From: Halorussus marinus
Lineage (GTDB): Archaea > Halobacteriota > Halobacteria > Halobacteriales > Haladaptataceae
Assembly: GCF_004765795.1 (NCBI RefSeq)
Contig: NZ_SBIV01000008.1
Span: 1-64,000, forward strand
Direction: 5' to 3'
Length of the DNA: 64,000 nt
The notes below the pieces were generated by a model. The model searched no databases and was not told where the DNA came from. It was given only the letters and a program-made list of their open reading frames with translations. A program made the position numbers and the translations under genes. Positions 60,973 through 64,000 of the stretch are shown piece by piece (the stretch's first letter is position 1; each line of letters opens with the position of its first letter).

Positions 60973-61401
60973 TCACCGATCGTGTTCGAGTTCGCGGTCG
61001 ATCGCGTCCCGGGTCGGGTCCTCGACGGTCGCGAGCGGATCGGCACACACCTCACAGAGGACCGTCCGCGTCGTCGAGAGCCGAACCAGCGGGACGCCCA
61101 GAAAGACGACCTCTCGATGCGTGATGCGGCGCTCGCCCGGCCCCTCCCAGTCGGTGCAGGAATCACAGGGAGTCTCTTCGGAGAGCCGAATCGGTGTCGA
61201 CTCGGTCCGCTCGACCACGCCCGAGGCGATCCGCGGGTAGGGCGACGACGTCCCGGTCGCGATCCGGACGCCCACGTATCCGAGCCCGAGGAGGGCCGCG
61301 AGGAGGAGCGGTACCAACAGAAAGCCCGAGACGCGGGCCATCGCCGCTAACAGCGCGAACGCGACGGCGGTGACCAGCGCGAACGTAAGGTATCGTCGCA
61401 T
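60973..61401 (-). CDS. Membrane-anchored protein with CxxC...CxxC
   Basis: Two N-terminal TMs; CDSC, CEVC. Confidence 0.6.
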   Translation of the reverse strand: MRRYLTFALVTAVAFALLAAMARVSGFLLVPLLLAALLGLGYVGVRIATGTSSPYPRIASGVVERTESTPIRLSEETPCDSCTDWEGPGERRITHREVVFLGVPLVRLSTTRTVLCEVCADPLATVEDPTRDAIDRELEHDR

Positions 61402-61428
61402 CTCGAAGCTCCCGTGTTCGTCTGTCCG

Positions 61429-62337
61429 TCAGCTTTCGCTCTGGTTCCCGGACCTGGCGTCGTCGGTCACGTCGCGCGTGAGAGTGACCCCGCCCTCGGC
61501 CGGGACGTAGATCGTGTTGTTGTTCTCGCGGAGCGCCTCGATATACCGGAGATCGAGCACTTCGGGGTTCTCGCGGAGCGCCTCGCCCTTGATCCGAATC
61601 TGTTCGGACTCGGCCTCGGCCTCGATGACCTGACGCTCTTTGTTCTTCTCGGCGACCTGAATCTCGTACTCTGCTTCCTCGATCTTCTGCTGTTTGACCT
61701 TCTTCTGTTCGATGGATTTGGCGTACTCGTCGGGGAGTCGGACGTTCCGGATCTGGACGCTCTCGATGACGATACCGCCGCCACCGGTCTCGTTCTTGAG
61801 CGCCCGTTCGACCGCGATTTTGAGCCGCGTCTGCCCTTCGCCGGTGTAGATGTCGGTCACGTCGATGTTCCCGCCTTCGGTGCGCAGGACCGACCGGACC
61901 GTCGGGCGGATGAGCCGCGTTTCGGCGGTCGGGAGGTCCCGGTACTCCTCGTGGAACCGCGGCGCGTCGCGGGGCGTGACCCGGTAGCGGACGGTCACGT
62001 CGATATCGACGTGCAGGCCGTCCTGCGTGAGGACGCGCACCGAGTCGTCCTGAGCCGCGTTAGCTCCTTCGCCACTCTGGTGGCTCATCGTATAGGTCTG
62101 AGGTCGGGTGGGGACGCTGACGACGCCCTCGACGAGGGGCGTGATGAAGTGCCAGCCGGGTTCGAGGATGTCGCCCGTCACCGCGCCCTGGTTCTTGACG
62201 ACCTTCACTTCGCCTTCGTCTACGCCTTCGAACGCCATCACGCCGCCGATAAGCGAGACGATAAGCACTAGTACGAGACCGATTACCGTGGCGGACTGAG
62301 CGAGTCCGCCGGTGTCGATTGGAGGGTCACTGCTCAT
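61429..62337 (-). CDS. SPFH/prohibitin family protein
   Basis: TM, LEPGWHF, LTQDGL, IESVQIRNV, coiled coil. Confidence 0.9.
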   Translation of the reverse strand: MSSDPPIDTGGLAQSATVIGLVLVLIVSLIGGVMAFEGVDEGEVKVVKNQGAVTGDILEPGWHFITPLVEGVVSVPTRPQTYTMSHQSGEGANAAQDDSVRVLTQDGLHVDIDVTVRYRVTPRDAPRFHEEYRDLPTAETRLIRPTVRSVLRTEGGNIDVTDIYTGEGQTRLKIAVERALKNETGGGGIVIESVQIRNVRLPDEYAKSIEQKKVKQQKIEEAEYEIQVAEKNKERQVIEAEAESEQIRIKGEALRENPEVLDLRYIEALRENNNTIYVPAEGGVTLTRDVTDDARSGNQSES

Positions 62338-62575
62338 CTTCGTGTCGGCGTGGGAATCAAACGCATATAATTCTGGCTACTTACCGATATTATCAGGTCT
62401 ACGTTCGGAGGACGGCGGACGGTCCGACTCGACTCCTACGGCGGGTCCTGAATACCGGAACGGGGTCGGCCTCCGCGAAAACGACGTCGGGCGACCCAGC
62501 CCGACGTCCCCAGACGGCCCACCGAATCGGAAACACAGGGGTTAAAACCCGCAAAGCGCGTACGTCGTCGTGCGT

Positions 62576-62659
62576 GCGAGGGTAGCCAAGCCTGGAAACG
62601 GCGGCGGACTCAAGATCCGCTCCCGTAGGGGTCCAAGGGTTCAAATCCCTTCCCTCGCA
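62576..62659 (+). tRNA. tRNA-Leu(CAA)
   Basis: GCGAGGG...GCGGA-CT-CAA-GA-TCCGC, long variable arm, GTTCAAATC, CCCTCGC-A. Confidence 0.95.
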
Positions 62660-62696
62660 TGTCCGCGCGAAGACAGTGAGCGCGTGACTGCACGAC

Positions 62697-62753
62697 GGAA
62701 GGATTTGAACGCTGTCGGACGTAGTCCGGCTGAAGTTCAAATCCCTTCCCTCG
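62697..62753. repeat. Duplicated tRNA-Leu 3' end with inverted copy
   Basis: gttcaaatcccttccctcg at 62735-62753 equals tRNA 62639-62657; ggaaggatttgaac at 62697-62710 is its near reverse complement. Confidence 0.8.
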
Positions 62754-62865
62754 AACTCACACGAGTGCAGAAGACGCCCTCAGGGGGCGCTCTTCCCTCG
62801 CAAAACTCGGCCCACGCGGGCCCTCGCAACTTCCTTTCGGCGCCGCTGGGCGAGCGACGGCGTTC

Positions 62866-63645
62866 TCACTCGAACAGAGTGGCCGGCTCGGCGTCCCGGG
62901 CGTCGAACGCCTCGGCGATCGCCGGAATCCGGTCCCGAAGCTCGCCGGGGGCGTGCGAATCGGAGCCGGCGACGAACCTCACGCCGCGCTCCCGGAGCGT
63001 CTCCCGGAACCCCGGTTCGGGGTGGAACGCGCCGTAGTCGTCGAGCACTCGCCCGGCGTTCAGCTCCGGGACGGTCCGGGAGCGCTCGAACGCGTCGGCG
63101 ACCATCGTGTGGTGGTCGTCGGTCGTGTACCCGCGGAGCTCCGGCGTCCGCTCGATCAGATCGACGTGGGCGGCGATCTCGAACAGCTCCGAGTCGATCA
63201 GGTCGACGAGTCGGTGGTAGTAGTCGTCGACCACCGCGCGGCGCTCGGCCCGCGACTTGTCCTCGAACGGCCGACTGCGCTGGACGTTTGCGTCGCCGAC
63301 CCGGTGGACGCTACCGATCGCGTAGTCGAAGCCCGCTTCGTCGAGGAAGGTCGCAATATCGTCCTCGTCGCGGGGCGCGTAGTCGAGTTCGACGGCGTCG
63401 TAGACGTCGAGGTCGGCTCGCTCGCGGAGCAGTTCGATGCCCTCGCGCCGGAGCGGGTAGGTCCGATCGAGGTTGAAGCCGTACTCGCGTTTCGCGCGGA
63501 TCAGCCGGTCGCGCTCGGCGACGTTGCAGTGGTCGGCGAACCCGACCGCCGAGAGGCCGGCGTAGGCCGCGGCCGCGACCATCAGGGGCATGCCCGAGCC
63601 GTCGGAGTAGTTCGAGTGGACGTGGTAGTCGTGGATGACCGACAC
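62866..63645 (-). CDS. PHP domain protein (histidinol-phosphatase-like)
   Basis: DYHVHSNYSDG, FADH, IGSVH, AHVD, GSDSH. Confidence 0.88.
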   Translation of the reverse strand: MSVIHDYHVHSNYSDGSGMPLMVAAAAYAGLSAVGFADHCNVAERDRLIRAKREYGFNLDRTYPLRREGIELLRERADLDVYDAVELDYAPRDEDDIATFLDEAGFDYAIGSVHRVGDANVQRSRPFEDKSRAERRAVVDDYYHRLVDLIDSELFEIAAHVDLIERTPELRGYTTDDHHTMVADAFERSRTVPELNAGRVLDDYGAFHPEPGFRETLRERGVRFVAGSDSHAPGELRDRIPAIAEAFDARDAEPATLFE

Positions 63646-63702
63646 GCTCGCCCCTTCGAACGGGAGGAACGTAGCTATTCGGGACGAGCCGGGACCGAGA
63701 AC

Positions 63703-63960
63703 TCAGGCGTCGGCCGCCGAGACCGAGACGTCACCCGCGGCGTCGACGATGACTTCGTAGTCGTTGTAGGAGAAGACGACACGACCGCCGGACGGCGCCG
63801 GTCGGGGAGCGAACAGTCGATCGAGCGCGTCGGGGTCGACGACCTCGTAGAGCGGCGGCGAGAGCTCCGTCGGCGCGACCCCCTCGGCCTCTGCGACCGC
63901 CTCGACGACGCACTGGCTGACGCTGTCGTCGCTCTCGAGTGGTGCGCGTGCTGCTTGCAT
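63703..63960 (-). CDS. HalOD1 output domain protein
   Basis: VVEAVAEAEGV...PPLYEVVDPDALDRLF. Confidence 0.88.
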   Translation of the reverse strand: MQAARAPLESDDSVSQCVVEAVAEAEGVAPTELSPPLYEVVDPDALDRLFAPRPAPSGGRVVFSYNDYEVIVDAAGDVSVSAADA

Positions 63961-64000
63961 TGTCCGAGGGGTACAGAACGGGCGTCCTAAAACGTATCGG

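Noticed and set aside
567..63990. Many long antisense or alternate-frame ORFs in the ORF track (e.g. 6559..8478 +, 20911..22707 +, 32853..35075 +, 42004..44148 +, 45575..47812 +)
   Set aside because: Shadow ORFs typical of high-GC DNA; they overlap well-supported genes, are Arg/Val/Gly-rich and lack family motifs.
62576..64000. Provirus or integrative element at tRNA-Leu
   Set aside because: The repeat encloses under 100 bp; no integrase or viral genes and no compositional shift.

Overview
GC-rich, acidic-proteome haloarchaeal (class Halobacteria) chromosomal window. In order it carries: an amino-sugar/polysaccharide locus (glmU-like partial, glmS, polysaccharide deacetylase); an unusual tRNA-like gene; an archaellum motor plus chemotaxis cluster (cheF, arlJIHGF, arlCE, cheR/D/C/C/A/B/Y/W) with no archaellin genes; tRNA-Thr, a GNAT and pgk; branched-chain amino acid and oligopeptide ABC transporters; gch3, udk, tRNA-Ser and a UDG; aroC/aroA, folD/glyA; a TbsP-like regulator and an E1-like/YcaO fusion; Lrp, IMPase, SPFH, tRNA-Leu, PHP and HalOD1 genes. 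The most notable observations are four. (1) A module present twice: an unannotated 44-aa 'xPR...hydrophobic...GP-stop' peptide gene tail-to-tail with a ~690-aa protein bearing a caspase/CHAT-like His/Cys motif pair, each peptide gene divergent from a regulatory-type gene, one copy next to a YcaO enzyme (candidate peptide-signalling or RiPP system). (2) A tRNA-fold RNA with no usable anticodon loop but Ser-like identity features. (3) A circularly permuted ABC substrate-binding protein. (4) A TATCA-N4-TGATA palindrome at near-fixed spacing upstream of motility promoters. All family assignments come from motif recognition, not database searches.
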